A stretch of DNA of 62,414 nucleotides, counting the filler, from Choristocarpus tenellus KU-1152 (taxonomy: Eukaryota; Protista; Phaeophyceae), in assembly GCA_964200185.2 (NCBI GenBank). It is 9 parts of 9 records of this genome, joined end to end, with 100 filler letters (N's around TTAATTAATTAA, not from the genome) between each part and the next. Parts side by side here need not be neighbours in the genome. Positions count along the whole stretch, not along the records: positions 1 to 12,297 come from CAXNAD020001883.1; positions 12,398 to 26,363 come from CAXNAD020001315.1; 7 more parts are not named here. One strand, given 5' to 3'. The notes beneath the pieces were generated by a model. The model was not told where the DNA came from and did no database searches. It saw only the letters and a program-made list of their open reading frames with translations. This document shows, in pieces, positions 1-13,322 of this stretch. Made by a program: the position numbers and the translations under genes. Each line of letters starts with the position of its first letter. The stretch's first letter is position 1.

Positions 1-58
1 CCGGCCCATGGGACACTAGAGGTTGGCCCCCCCCCCCCCCCCCCAGATACTTTGGGTC
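1..58 (+). mobile_element. Right end of MITE family B (poly-C/G TIR)
   Basis: C-run followed by AGATACTTTGGGTC, the same terminus as the complete copy at 43035-43212. It abuts the mariner remnant. Confidence 0.7.
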
Positions 59-1005
59 AAACTTACAGGACTGGCCTCAACACCATTCACATCGACGAGG
101 CGTGGTTCTACCTCATCCGTGAATGAGAGATAGTGTGCATGTTCCCGGGTGAGGAAAAGGTGGACTCAACGAAGGTGCAGCACAAGGGTGACATTCTCAA
201 AGCGTGTTCATCTCCGCCGTTTCGCGCCGGGATCCTTTCCATGATTTCATCGGCAAGATCGGGATCTGGCGGGTTTGTACATGAAGGAGGTGCAACGGAC
301 TGCAGCGCAGCACACAAAGGGTAAGGAGTATGAGGTCGATGTCACCATTGATGCTGAGTGATATCTGGAGTGGTACATGGAGCAGCTGTTGCCAACAATG
401 AAGGAAAACATGCTGTGACTGGAATCGGGGGGGGGATCCATACTATAGCAGGACAGCAAGACCCCGCATATGGGCAAGGGCACAGTGCAGTAGCTGAACG
501 CAGCAGGGATGGAGGAGGGATGGAACAGTAAGCTCATGATGCAGCCAGCGCAGTCGCCGGATCTCAATATCAATGATTTGAGGTTTCTTCATCTCTGCAG
601 AGCAGGGTTTGGGTGGAGTGTTACATCACCGTATATATATGAAGGGGGTTTCAAGCATGTTCCATGCATACGATGTAGACACGCTTGAGACGGTGTGGCA
701 GAGTCTGTTTAAGAAGTACGATCAGTTGTTAAGGGTACTGGGGGGAACGATTTCGAGGTAGAGCACACTGGGACCAAATAAAGGCAGGGGGAGGGTGGGA
801 TGGTTAGATCAGTCGAAGTAGACTGAGTGGTCACCATGGTGACCCATTGGTGGGTTGATGGTGTTGAATAAAGTTGGGACATATCTACGTTTATAATGCA
901 GAATATTCCAAGGAATCCAACGCAAAGGTCCGTTTTGTAGTCAGAGGTTATCCCGAAGAGCTACAAATTAATGCCCCAGACTTATTTATTATGGGACAGA
1001 GGGAG
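59..1005 (+). mobile_element. Degraded Tc1/mariner (plant-mariner/DD39D-like) transposon, 3' part with TIR
   Basis: Translated fragments TIHIDEAWFYL (D at 94), QDSKTPH (D at 452), QPAQSPDLNINDL (D at 575) and GGND, with stops and frameshifts. Terminus ...ATGGGACAGAGGGAG|TA at 991-1007 matches the Stowaway/plant-mariner TIR plus TA target. Confidence 0.85.
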
Positions 1006-1533
1006 TATAGTTAAGAAATCAATTATTTCAATTCAGAATGTGTGATGTTGTATCAGGCACCCTCAACCTTGATCCCTTCACTGCTTCCATCTTGTGAAAG
1101 GCCATTAAATATATCCCTTCCAGTCAGTCTGCGTACGCTGTCTTTCTTTGCATCAGTAGCATGTGCTTGTATGTCAAGGGAATAATCGAAATGCGCCCCC
1201 CTAGTACTATTTATATTCCTACTATGTCAGGATGAATGCCTTTTAACCTTATCTCTAGCACAAACTCTGGTCCTTAAACCTCTTGAGTGACAATCGGGGA
1301 GACTCTAGGTTGTTCTCAGTAGTCTGCCCTAATTAGAAATAATATTACTTGTAAAATTCCTGCCTGGGTTGATGTGTGTACCATTCTGTGTTATTCAAAA
1401 TTTACGAGCGATTCATGAACTTGTCAAGAGGGACTGGTATACTTGCATACTTTCTATTGAAAAGTCATGAGTACGCCTTCACAATACTTACAAATTCTAC
1501 GTGTTAATGTTAGGTGAAGCAGTTTGGTCACAC

Positions 1534-4500
1534 ATGAAGTCCCTGGGCCTCACAGGACTATTTTTTCCTGGTACATTGATCGCTGCATTCTCCCCTCCTT
1601 CTCAGAACCATATTCTGTGGAAAGGGGTGGCATTTTGTCATGAACTGCGCTCTGGGAACTGGGAAAATGGAAGAACCCTACGAAGGCGAGATGAAGTTGG
1701 CAGGTGTACCTGCCCAGTCCCTCGGAAGAGACTTACTCCGATGTTTCTGCACTCACTAACCTCTCCACTGGAAGATATTCCGAGCAGTTTGCTCGACTTT
1801 CGTCACATTCCACCCGACGGTGGTCGAGATACGAATGAATCGGGCCAAGCGCAAATGCTCGAGATCGGTTTAGCGGAGGAGAGTGACCTCGATGATGTGG
1901 CAGCCTTGCTTGTTGAGGTTTGTTCTTCTGACAATATGCGTGCATACGATAGATGTTCTCTTTCGGGCTGAGATTGAAGTCTAGAAGGACATACATTGCT
2001 TTGTCTTTGCGATGGGCTGCATAGTTTCGCGGACAAGACGTTCACTACACGATTCCTTGAGATTGGTAGCTTTTCAGAGCTGGATTGCTGGTGCTGTTTA
2101 CAGAAATAGTTGTAACTTTCTCGTGTGCTACACTCCGAAATAGGGACAAAATAGGATTAGTCCTGTTATATCGATCGTTGACGTGTCAGTGCATCTGGTA
2201 CATCAACCCCAAGAGTCATTTTATACTGTCACTGCTTCATCCCCATGGACCATACCAGCGGGGATGACTTTTTATGATCGTACACACAAATGTCAGTATT
2301 AGTAACTGCGACTTTGGTCAATTATTGCTTGAAGGTAATGCATAAATGTGCCTCAAGGTCAGTGCCTGCTTCGTCGTCCCGTTTATTGTCATGCTTATTT
2401 GCAGTTTGCCATACTTTACTTGGGCACACACTTGCTCACGAATTGTCTCCGTGTGAGATCACTCTTTATCCTGTCACAGCCAGATTGAGCTTGGTCTTTC
2501 ACAACAGACTTTTGCGTATCCACAACTCGCCTTGCCTCTCCACCCTTCACACAAGAAACCCTTGGCCTTCACTCTTTCAGGTTTTTTCACAAGATGTCAT
2601 CCTTGCTGACAAAGATTTTTCAGAGTTGGAGAAAACTATGATAAGCGGGCCATTGGAGATGACAAATGCTTACTTCCGTGCAGTAGCATATCTTGAGGTG
2701 CGAAGATTGCAATTCTTTTTGCCTTGAATCCATGTTTGTCAACAAGCGGCACAAACCTCGCACTGACTGTGTGATCCAAGCAGGATACTGTGACTTGGTC
2801 CGACAATGGCCTCAAAGTTTATTATAGAACCTGTTCCAGCCTTTTGCCTGGGCGGTGCATTAAGTCAGTACCAGAGCTGAAGTCAGGTTCTGTTCCGAAG
2901 CAAAGTCATGCCCAACCACCTGGAAACCCAACGTTCGTATTGCCCACCAAAGGAATTTTTTTTTTTTTTTCTTGAACCATGCTCACTTTCTGATCCAACG
3001 CCCAGTAGTTTTTCTGTCACTGAAATGCAGGGTCACCCACCAAAAACTAGCTCAGCGCTTGAACCTACGCACCGGCCGCGTTTGTATCTGATGCCTGTTG
3101 CCAAATGACAGACTTGAGTCTTCAACCGGCATATCGAACATGCTCCTGAGAAGAGAAAAGGTCTGTTGTGCACACCTAAGGCAACTGCCTACTGCGCATG
3201 TGGTATCAGAGCAGAAACCGCATCTAACAGGTGCACCACTCCCCTCATCACACACCTCCTTGTCTCCCCCACTGCAATGGGTGTGATGGCACATCAGGTC
3301 CTCTATACCCTCAGGTCTCGGTGTGGAAACCGCCTAAGGTGTGGAAACCTGGGAATCTCATCGGATGCTGTGCTGATTGTCATCAGGAATCCAGCGGGGG
3401 AAGGGGCGGTGGTGGGGGTAGTGGAACTCGGGCTGAGGAAACCTGACGGCACTCTACCAACAAATTGGCCATTTCCTAACCCTTGGAGGCGGGAGGTATT
3501 AATTTGATGCTTTAAAAAAATCTCTTATATGCATAGTGAGTGCTACCGTGCTTGACAAAAAATGTATGTCGGAGACGGAAACGTTTTTTCTTTTTTGACT
3601 GGGCATGGAGAGTGAGTGTGGGGCTGGGGCAATTAGTTGTTCTGTGGTGTTGGAGACCTACCATTGCGCTTGCACCCACACTGCGATCCAAGCACAAGTC
3701 CAATGCGAATTGGGAGGATTAAACGCCATGTGTAGGAGATGCTGCTATGTGTTCAACACAGTAAACTTCACCAGTGCGTTTCGAATTTCAGCATGAATAC
3801 GGTTACCTGCTGTTCCTGCGTTAGTGGTGTCTGCTACTGTGCTATTGCTCCCCTGTACACCATTGCCCTTATCCTGCGTCCCATTTGACCCCAACCTCCA
3901 CCCTGACTTTGGCTGTTGTCAACGATGTGGTAATGGGGTGTGCTGTGCCAAGGTGTTCTTTCTATTATGTTGAATTTGCATAGACTCCAAGTCTCTCACA
4001 AATCGATTTCTCACAAATTAAAAGAAGTGTTTTTAGATGCCCATTCCTCAGTATCTCTTCTGTCTGTGTTTGGATAGGAACCGACGGCACAAGCGCAGCC
4101 CTACATGTGTAATCTGGCTGTGAGCGAGGAAAGCAGGGGACAGGGCCATGGGAAGCAGCTCGTTCGTCTGTGTGAGCACATAGCACACAATTGCTGGCGG
4201 TGAGATGAAATCTAAGGTTTGCTTAAATTTGATGAGATAGTTTTGACTCAACCTGCAGTGGCAGCATCAATACTACGGGAACATATTCGTGCATCCCCCC
4301 TATTTCTTTGCTGAGAGGCTTGTGTAAGAAGTTTGTGTGCCCGTGTGAAGCTGCTGGGATCTGCTGGCAGTGAAACATCGCACAAGGAGAGTTGTTGCGT
4401 TGTGTCTTGTACATCGTTTTTTTTTCAACTTTTTTTTTTTTCAAGTATGCGAGAGTTAGTTATTTTGGTGACGTTTTCTGTGATCTGATTTTCCTGCCCG

Positions 4501-5382
4501 ACTTCTCGGCAGTGGTGGTGGAATCGTATGTACCCCTGACAACCACAGTACAGTACAGTACAGTACAGCACAGCAACTCAGAAGAGAGACAGTTACACCA
4601 TTTTTTTTTCTGCAATAGCAGCAGAGGAAGGAAGTAGGACCAAAAACTCTACGCTTGCTGATACCTGTTCAATGTAAACATCACTTACAACTAGTCAAAG
4701 CAATAATAAAATGATTGAGGCCCTTGAGCACCTGATGACTCTTCAGCCTGTGTATTGTTAAACCTCCGTTGAGCACCCAGAACGTTGTGCAATCTACTAC
4801 CATGGTGTTCGGAGTCCATTCCGTACAAAACACCCTTTCGATGCCACAGGTTGCAGCTTTATCTGCAGTGGTAGAAGAGGAGGATAGAGAAGTACGAAGG
4901 CGTTGCTTGTTTGTGTGCGGTGTTGGTGGTTTCGGAGTGCAGACGGTGGCATAAAACTTTGCATTGAAGATGGTCTTACCCAATGTCTCACCATATCTCT
5001 TGATCTCTTATTGCTCCATCATAGTAGTGCGCATCCTGGAGGGTCGCTTGCTGTTCTCATGTCTAACCTGCAAGTGGATTCAACAGTTTCACCACTCTAT
5101 GGTACAAGGGAGCATTGCGGAGCACACGAATTTTTGTTCACAGTGGTAGTATCTTCCTTTCCATCCCTCCTCACGCACGCCTTCACATTTTATAAATCCT
5201 CCAGGTATGGGCGCATGTACCTTCACGTTGACCTTGGGAATCCAGTTGCCTCGGGCTTGTACAAGGCTATGGGGTATCAGAGTATGGAGGAGTATGATGC
5301 TCCCATGTGGATGAGGCAACTCCTTGGCCTACCTACAATACGTTACCAGTGCAAGCGCTTTGCGTCATCATCGTGTTTGTGA
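1534..5382 (+). CDS. GNAT-family N-acetyltransferase, probably plastid-targeted (exons 1534-1917, 2581-2697, 3298-3495, 4078-4199, 5205-5382)
   Basis: All four introns are GT-AG with consistent phase. Motifs VVGVVEL, PYMCNLAVSEESRGQGHGKQL (acetyl-CoA motif A) and MYLHVDLGNPVASGLYKAMGY. N-terminal hydrophobic stretch followed by AAFSPP (ASAFAP-like). Confidence 0.9.
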
Positions 5383-8300
5383 GAAGAGGAACAGGAGGCA
5401 AGCCGGGAGGGTAAGATTGCAGAGCTCACGTGCTCCCTTTAATGTGGACTGGATACTACGAGGATGTGGTATTGTGTTCGTGTTTCGGACTGAGTGTGGC
5501 CCCTGCTGGTGAACATTTGGAACGTGCTACTATTGCATTGCAAGTGATTCCATCTGCACATTTTTTTTTTTTTTTTCGAAAGATATGCTGCAAAGTGGCT
5601 TTACTGCTCTTGAAATTGGGAGATATTTTTTACATTGAAGGGATGCACTTCAATGTGGCGTTAGTAGTGCCTGCGTTGGCCCTGTACTAAGCATGTATTG
5701 CCTTCTATTAATAAGTTTCTAAAGTACCTTGGTGGTGTGTTGTATGTTATGGTAGAGTGGAAGCATCGTTGATTGAGGCATTGACAACAGTGAAGTTCTA
5801 CACCTTGTGGGGGTGTTTGAGGGGCAGGTTTACCTTGGTACTGTTTGCCACAGGAGATTATCGCCTTGTCTACTTACCTACTCACCCATATTCCTGTGTG
5901 TGGAATGATTGTGAAGCACCTTGTCTCTTTGCATTTTGAGACAGAGAAAATGGGGGAGGAAAGTTCCATTAACAGTGACATCAGGGCCTTAGTCCCTTCT
6001 TTGGTGTAGGCGCCCTTGTCACAGAAGTTAGATCTGAACGTTTCATTGACTACCTTGTTTGTGCAGTAGGCTACACTATGGATCGGCTCAGACCTAGTTT
6101 GGCAGTTTCTCATCCTTTTGACCCCTTTGAATGGAGTTCCAACCTCCCAGAGCACTCCCTGTGAGCCCTTGCACCTTGTAAGACGAGGCAGGATGGAAGA
6201 AACCCCGAAGGTATTTCAGCAGGCATGATATTCAGTATTTTGACGTTGCATGAAGTGATTTTTTGCATTGGAGCCATGTGGTTTCATCTGGCTATGCAAT
6301 GCAACCCCTCCACTTTACTTTTCTTTAATCCTCATGATATTTTGTGAGCCTCCACACACAGTTGCTGTTCTCAAGGTGCCCCAACCTTCTGGTCCTGATG
6401 AGACATGGTGATTGGAAGTTTACAACAGTCATGCTCCCCACCCCATCTTGGAGGAACAGTACTTGTAGGAAGTGTGGGATCTATTGAGCTCTTGACAGTC
6501 ATCATCCTTGCTGGATTATTCCGTATGGACTCTATACAACGGCAGATAGTTGCAGGCACAATGCTTAATAATGAAAGGTTTTGGACCTTTTTAGTCCTAC
6601 TTCATTGCTTGTTGAACTGAGGCAGCAAAAACTGCTTAGCTCTCACTTCTTCCCCCGTGGAAAGGGCAACAGACAGATGGCAGCAAAAGTCACCATTGCA
6701 GTAAGTTGTGCACTCTGATATTGTTACTTTTTGGTGATGCTTATCAAGTCACAATGACAGGCACAGTAGTGAAACTGTGAATCCTCAAATAATTCACCAT
6801 CTTGTCATCTGATTGGTAGGTACAAGCCGTGCCCGACCCGAAACATTTTCTTCCTGTGGCAGTGGAGGAATCATTGTACTATGGGTTTTTGTAGTTGACC
6901 ATGGGGAGAGATTTTCCTACACCCCTTGGTCCACATGAAGCAGGGTGTTTATCAACGTACAAGCCCAATACTTGATATGCAGGCCAGTACTGGGTTTCGG
7001 TCTTAGAGCAATAATTAATCAGTGTGGGTCCCTCCCTGAGTCATGTACTGACGATGTCTCATTCCTACAGATCTTCAGTGGGTTCCTGGAACTGACTTGG
7101 AGTATGAACTCTCCAAGGGCTTAAGTATGGCAAAGGATAAGTTGAGGAAAGGAACAGGCAGATTCCATGTTTTGTACCTTTGACTGATAGGCCCACAGTG
7201 GCATGCACATGTCCAAGGCTGGCACCAGCATGAGCCCCAAGGATTCACCCATGGTTGTGGCTCAGGTTTATGTTAAGAATTATAGCTGAGATTTTGGGTC
7301 AGGTCTTAGGTTAAAGCTCATTGGTGCATGAGCAGGAATCCCATAAGTTCACTATATATGGACTCAGACCGTGGAGTACCTGGATGATACATTGGGTAGA
7401 AGCTTGCTCTTGGGGCGAGACCTGTGCCACATTCTTTCATTATGGCAAAGCAAGTCATGCTGGTCTGCCTCACATACAATCTCTGGAGGGTAACTTCTCT
7501 TATATCAGTGTGCCTGGACTTGAACCTTGGGGTTCCCTACTCTCTTTAACCATACGGAGCTGCAAAGTCCAGACACCCCCACATACTGTCCCAACCAAAG
7601 AATGGTAGACCTGTGTTGTACAACATGACCACTTGATCCCTATTTTTTAGGTTGGAGTGTTGGTGTCTTAGCTGTGATATTTCTGGTGTAACAGTTCCTT
7701 TCGCTGAGCCACAAAAACTCAATGATGAGATGTAGGATCAAACCTGAAAATTTTGACGTGTTGCCGATTGTAGCGGTTCTATTTAGTTGTGTCAAATCAA
7801 GACCAAAATTAAGGGGGAAATCTTCAACTGTTTATTTTCTCTTGCATATGAGCAGGGGATGGTACGCATCCTGCGTACTAAAATGTGATGGGCACATTCG
7901 AACCTCTTGAGGTGGTTCAACTCACACTCACAAACGCTCAATTTATAACACAGAACATCTTTAATCCATCTTTGCATGCATAGGAATGCTTCCAACACTC
8001 TCAGTTAATGGATTATACACATCTAACTCTCATGCCCTATTCAACTAAAGGAGGCCAGGGGGAGAATTTTGAAGGATGCTCCGAAACAGTGCCTTGACAC
8101 TTTCATTGAGCCCACACTAAAGCTTCTAAGAGAATCTAAGTATGCAAACTGGGCAAAGAGGCAGGGGAGGATCCCCCTCAAATAGTGTTACAGGGGAAAT
8201 AAAAGTCTGGGAACACCTATGCATTGTGTGTGGGTGCACACAGGATAGGGAGAATGACTGTGCACTCTGTCGTCAAACTTGTACAGAAGTTCATATTCAT

Positions 8301-8949
8301 AGGTGACATCATGCATTTACAGCACTACTTGCTTGTGTATAAGCAATGTCTTCTCAAGGTGTTGTCCTCAAAGTAAAAGACAACCCCAGAGTGCAACCAG
8401 CATCAGACATACCCTGGAGTACTCCATGAATTGTTTCTCTAATAAGCCACAGGAGCAATGCCAACCCCCCCCAAGAAGTACCCAGTACTGTATGAACTAA
8501 GTTGGTGCTTGATAGGTGGTTGAAATCTACTTTGCCAACTGGGGCTTGTTGAGAGCAGACAGGGGGACCATAGTCGCTGGTAAGACTGCACGGAGCTAGG
8601 GCTTCACAGTCTCCTTCGCCGTTTTGGCAAGGCAAATCGTTTTCCTCATTCAGTGGCAGCATACTGAGACTCTCTAATTTTAATGCATCAGTTGCCAAAA
8701 TGTATGCACATAAGCACAGGGCAGTGGTAAATTTCTCGACCCTCCAATGAAAACATGTCCGTCCCCAGTTGATACCAACCTGTTTGATATGCGAAAGGAT
8801 ACCGGAAAGTAGTACTATAAATCAATGTCATCGCACAGTGAGAATCTGGACGTGCACCGGCTCAAATATAAAAACTCAGCTCAACTAAGGTCACCCGAAC
8901 TTTCATCCTCGAACAGAACGGACTCGATTCTCAATCTGGCAGTCCCTTC

Positions 8950-9672
8950 TTACACTGAGCTGTCGTCACGCTTCACAATATGGGCTCCACCGCCCAGGGC
9001 ACCAAAGACGTCCTTGATATCCCCAAATAGCCCCTTGCTTTTTTTCGAGGTACTCTCCGTGTCCATCATACCTGCTTGTGCCAGCTCATCGACCTCCTGC
9101 CGGTTACGAGCAGCACAGGTTGGGCTGAGCGTTGGACATCTTAGCACGATCACACCCTGGGACGTACTCGAGACGAAGGCTGACAAGAAGACATCCTGTT
9201 ACGTATTTCAGGCTCAAGCTATTGATGTCGAAGGAATTCAATCTTGAAACGATAAATTTAATATTTTGACCCTGGGGTGTTGGTTACCAGACATTTGGTG
9301 CAACAGGCCATCTCTTGGCGAAAATAGGTCCAGGACAAACCATCCAACGTTGCATCCGATGAATCGCTACTTTACCTCTTCGCTTAGGTCCAGCCCCTGA
9401 CTGTCAATGGAAGTTACGATGAGATCGGCGTATGCAGCGTCTGCCTGGGCAAAAGGATCCTCAAGGCCAGCACCCGGCGAAGTTCCCTCGGCGAGATTAT
9501 TCCGTGCATCCGAGATCGCCTTCTTCAAATCGATATCTCCATCCCTACCACTCGCAAGGAGGCTCCAACTTCGAGAGATGCAACGAGTTGATAGAGAGGG
9601 AGAAAGAAGAAACGCTTCTGACCTTAGCAATATAACCCAAAGAGCAGAGAGAAATACAGGAGTCACACGCAT
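8950..9672 (-). CDS. Hypothetical ~147-aa protein with signal peptide and plastid-type transit motif (exons 9672-9376, 9096-8950)
   Basis: MRVTPVFLSALWVILLRSEAFLLSPS leader. Phase-0 GT-AG intron joins ...GLDLSEE to EVDELAQAGMMD...GGGAHIVKRDDSSV*. Confidence 0.75.
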
Positions 9673-9877
9673 GGGTAAAGTTGAGTTTCCTATAAAAGGT
9701 ATTTATGTACATCATACCAAGTAAAATGTACTATATTGGTTGATGTTGTTATATATTTCAAGAAGGCGTTCCTTCCTCCATCCAATTTAAAAAACCCAAC
9801 CTACCCTACACACAATCATCACTGCAACCTGACACTACTCTGCCTGAGGCGCCAGACCAAAGGAGGAAGGATCTCGG

Positions 9878-11053
9878 ATGACTGATGATCTTTTCCCTCC
9901 CGAATTTGGGGACGAGGTTTTGCTCCCCAGTGGTAACCTGGCTACATCGGAGAGGTTGAAGGATGATGGTAAGATCTTGATTTTTGATCGCATGCTTGCT
10001 CAAGTTAAAGTAGGTGTTGGGTTTGAGGAAGAATTTGAATTAATTTGGGACCCTTCCGAATTGGAAATTCGCACTTATGTCCATCCCGCTAAGGGCGTGG
10101 GTCGTAGAGAGATTCGAATCATGTCACAGTGGCACTTGCATTTTGGTGGTCAAGGTGGTGGACTATCTGACTAGTACCAATCAATTTTCTCTTTCAATCG
10201 ATACAGGAAGGATTCGCTTGCGGGATCAACAGTGATCCCTGTCGCTGGCCAGCTCAAGACCTGTGGTGGATGAAATTTTCCCTCCAGAGCAACGGCAGTT
10301 GCAGACCCGAACGACCAAGGACTACTACCACAACTATTTGTCTGGTGAGGTGGGCATTATTTGCCGTTTCACTGGTGCATTGCGTATTATCAGCGTAGGG
10401 TGCAGGAGGTTGAAACGCCATGACATCAGGGTTTCTTCATCGTTAGTTGCGGAAAGTTCTGCACCACCCAACGAAATGGGGGGCGAACTTAAGGAGAGGG
10501 ACTGAAGGGTGGATCACCTTGAGAGAGAATGTGTATTTGGGAGCCAGACATAGGGAAGATTATGACTTGATCGACGAGGAACTCTAATAATTTCAGGGGA
10601 AAAATTATTCAGAGATGGTGTATCGTGATATTCAGATATTCAGTGCTTGTATATCTTCCATACAGTAACGCATAGGTCAGAGGTTTGGAGTTGGGGTGTA
10701 GCATCCTCTTGTTCAGTCAACCTTGCTGAGCGTGAAAAGTAGGCGTGTACCATTAGGCCCGTATGCGCAACATGTAGAAGAGTCTTGCAATAAGGTGCAA
10801 TACATTGAAGCTTTTGGGGTCTTGGGAACACATTGATACTCTCACATTGCACACGATCACTTAGCACACTCTTGCCTCTTAATTTTGTTTGAGTGGCACT
10901 CACTCATACATACATTCATCTGAGCAGATCCCTTTGCCATTCTGACTCAACTGCTACTCTTTGAGTCCAATCGTGTGGAGCGACCTGACAAGGTGATGAC
11001 CATTGCACAGGGAAGTCGATTCTGCAAGGAGGCATTGGAGGAGGCAAGAAGAG
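9878..11053 (+). CDS. Unknown multi-exon gene, 5' part (exons ~9878-9968, 10207-10344, 10928-11053; probably continues to ~12200); in-frame TGA at 10233
   Basis: Strong donors G|GTAAG, G|GTGAG and G|GTAAG, all phase 1, give ...DEIFPPEQRQLQTRTTKDYYHNYLS-D-PFAILTQLLLFESNRVERPDK...EEARR. No recognisable domain. Confidence 0.5.
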
Positions 11054-12297
11054 GTAAGTGGTGCCAAGATTTGTTTTTTCTCTTGATAGGTCGGGAGATG
11101 TACTCTCAACCTCTGGTTCTGAAGCACAACGTCACATCAATCGTTTGTCTGTGCTCTGCGAATCTCCAAGCACCACTATTGAATGAAAGTCCTATCGACT
11201 CAACAACAGGATGACTTTGCAATGCACCAGGTTGTTGAGGTGAAGACAGGAGTTTGTGGCAATGCAGGCATTTTCGTGTAGGGAAGAAATTACCCAGAGA
11301 GTAGTCAAAATGGCCCCGCTTGTATCGAACAAACTGTATTCTTTGCCACCCACAATTTTCGTCTCATGCCACTACCGACAGGAATTGCCAGGAGTCGCAA
11401 GGATCGTTACGGGGCTTGGTGCGATGTCAAGACTTTGGAGATGAAGGCATTAGTAACGAGGAACAAAGAGGGGGCGGGCACGCGCATTTTCTATCACAGA
11501 TGATGGTTGCAAGCTTGCCCAGCGGATCATAGAGGTGCAGTGAATAACAGGGCATGTGGGGAGGGGAACTGCTTGGTGTCGCTGGTAGATCCCATACACT
11601 TAGGATTATTCTTTGTCATGCTGAAGTGCGTGCTATATTCTAAACCACTACTTGATTTTTTTTTCTTTCTGATGACGTGCCCGTGAAACCTGACTCCCTT
11701 CAGTGGGATGAAATGGCCATACTGCTCTGTAGGGGAAACTTCTGCCGTTGCGTGAAGTCTTCTTTACGCTGGACATTGTGTTGGCTTCTGTTGGTACACG
11801 CATAGCATAGACCTTTAAACCTTTAAACGAGTTCAGCTGAAGAAAAGAAAAAGAAAGAGAACAAGAAAAACAAAAGGAGAAAAAAAGAAAAGAAAAGAAA
11901 AGAAAAGAAAAGAAAAGTTGTGATTCTGCATTCGCTTGTGTGTCTGTCTGTAAGCCTCGCGAATGTAATGATGTATCCTGACTCTGCTGCCCTCTCTCCA
12001 GCGCGATCGTCATATCGCCGCCAGCCTTAAAAACAACCAAGACCAGTTAGCTGCGACTAACCAACACATTTGCATACCTCATGCTTGAGAATGTTCCAAC
12101 TGCTGCGTTAGTAGTGGACGGGATCATGGTATAGATACACGAGGAAAGTGTGATGAAAGGATCGTGCAGTCTAGACTTTCGGCTGTTGCAACTGCCAGCT
12201 GTTGTGGGATGGGAGATCGACTGGGATATATGGAAGTAGTGGCAGGGGCAGAGGTGAAAGCAGCGCAGTGAAGAGGGGGCCCCGGGAGATTGGGGGG

Positions 12298-12397
12298 NNN
12301 NNNNNNNNNNNNNNNNNNNNNNNNNNNNNNNNNNNNNNNNNTTAATTAATTAANNNNNNNNNNNNNNNNNNNNNNNNNNNNNNNNNNNNNNNNNNNN
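12298..12397. other. Artificial contig linker (N44-TTAATTAATTAA-N44); identical linkers at 26364-26463, 33808-33907, 37181-37280, 40813-40912, 44036-44135, 55374-55473, 58189-58288
   Basis: Identical 100-bp structure eight times, with a six-frame stop cassette. Confidence 0.99.
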
Positions 12398-13166
12398 TTT
12401 TCCTTTTTCTTTGCATGTACTAGTGTAAACCCCGTAAGCGATCCCCCCCCCCCCCCCCCCCAAGACACTTTGGGTCATCATTTGTCATTCTTCTTTCTGC
12501 TCTTCCCCTTACGTTAATTTCGAGTGGTGGCGTTTTCCTTCCCGTTGGGGGTTCCATTTTCTTTTTTTCCCTCTCTTTTTCTTGTGTTTTTTTTCTCCTC
12601 CTCTGCTTCGTTTTCTCTTGGTTCTTGCTGCCTTTTCTCGAGCAGTGTGAATTTCCTTTTCAACACCGGTTCTGGGATCCCTCACTCAGACTAATGATAC
12701 CATCGTATCGGTCTGAGCAGTGAGGGTGAGGGTGTTTTAGACCACGGATCTGAAATCTATATGACTAGTGTGATAAAATAATAAGCACAAAAAAGGTAGA
12801 TTACATTGCCCTGTGCATGCATTTATTTTTTTCTCGTGCGTTAGGTCCAGCTGTCCCACCCCTCGCCACTCCACCTCCTCCCTCCGATCTGGTGTATAGC
12901 TATCCCTCCATTCGCAATGAGTCTTTGCCACCACAATCAAGATCTTTCCGCGTGTGAAGTCAAACTTCCTGCAAAAAAAGTCTTGTCTCTGCAACCTGGG
13001 CACTACCGTGACAAAATGCAGGCGGACAATCACCTGATCTACATGGACAAGCTGGATAGAGTGTGGTGTATCGTATGTTGTCAATTTTTCGACCACAGGT
13101 CTGGGATCCTGTGATAAGAAAAATAAATAACGGTAAAATAATCATATTCATATTAATATCATATTT

Positions 13167-13322
13167 GTAGTAGTAGTAGTAGTAGTAGTAATGATACTTT
13201 TAAAGCTGGAGTCACCAGGGAGATGGCCACGGAGGGGTTTATTGGACTCTTGGGATGCCTCCCTAGCTCCTCACCCTGGGTTGCAGGAGTAGATAGATGG
13301 GAAGCACAGGAAGACAGTAGTA
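13167..13322 (-). repeat. Dispersed repeat with (CTA)n tail, probably the 3' end of a SINE/LINE; second copy at ~43740-43862 (+)
   Basis: GCTGGAGTCACCAGGGAGATG...CTCCTCACCCTGGGTTGCAGGA aligns by eye to the reverse complement of 43745-43860. A (TAG)n tract lies next to it at 13167-13190. Confidence 0.55.

Noticed and set aside
4681-4983. GIERVFCTEWTP resembling a copia integrase motif; also IYGLR at ~7355
   Set aside because: Single short matches without supporting motifs.
8354-8698. 114-aa minus-strand ORF downstream of the plastid-targeted gene
   Set aside because: TTG start, no motif and no convincing splice connection; probably 3' UTR or intergenic.
12298-12397. TTAATTAATTAA palindrome between N runs, eight times
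   Set aside because: Artificial six-frame-stop contig linker, not biology. Cross-linker neighbourhoods (e.g. dsbA next to the ParB-like gene) were therefore not interpreted as one system.
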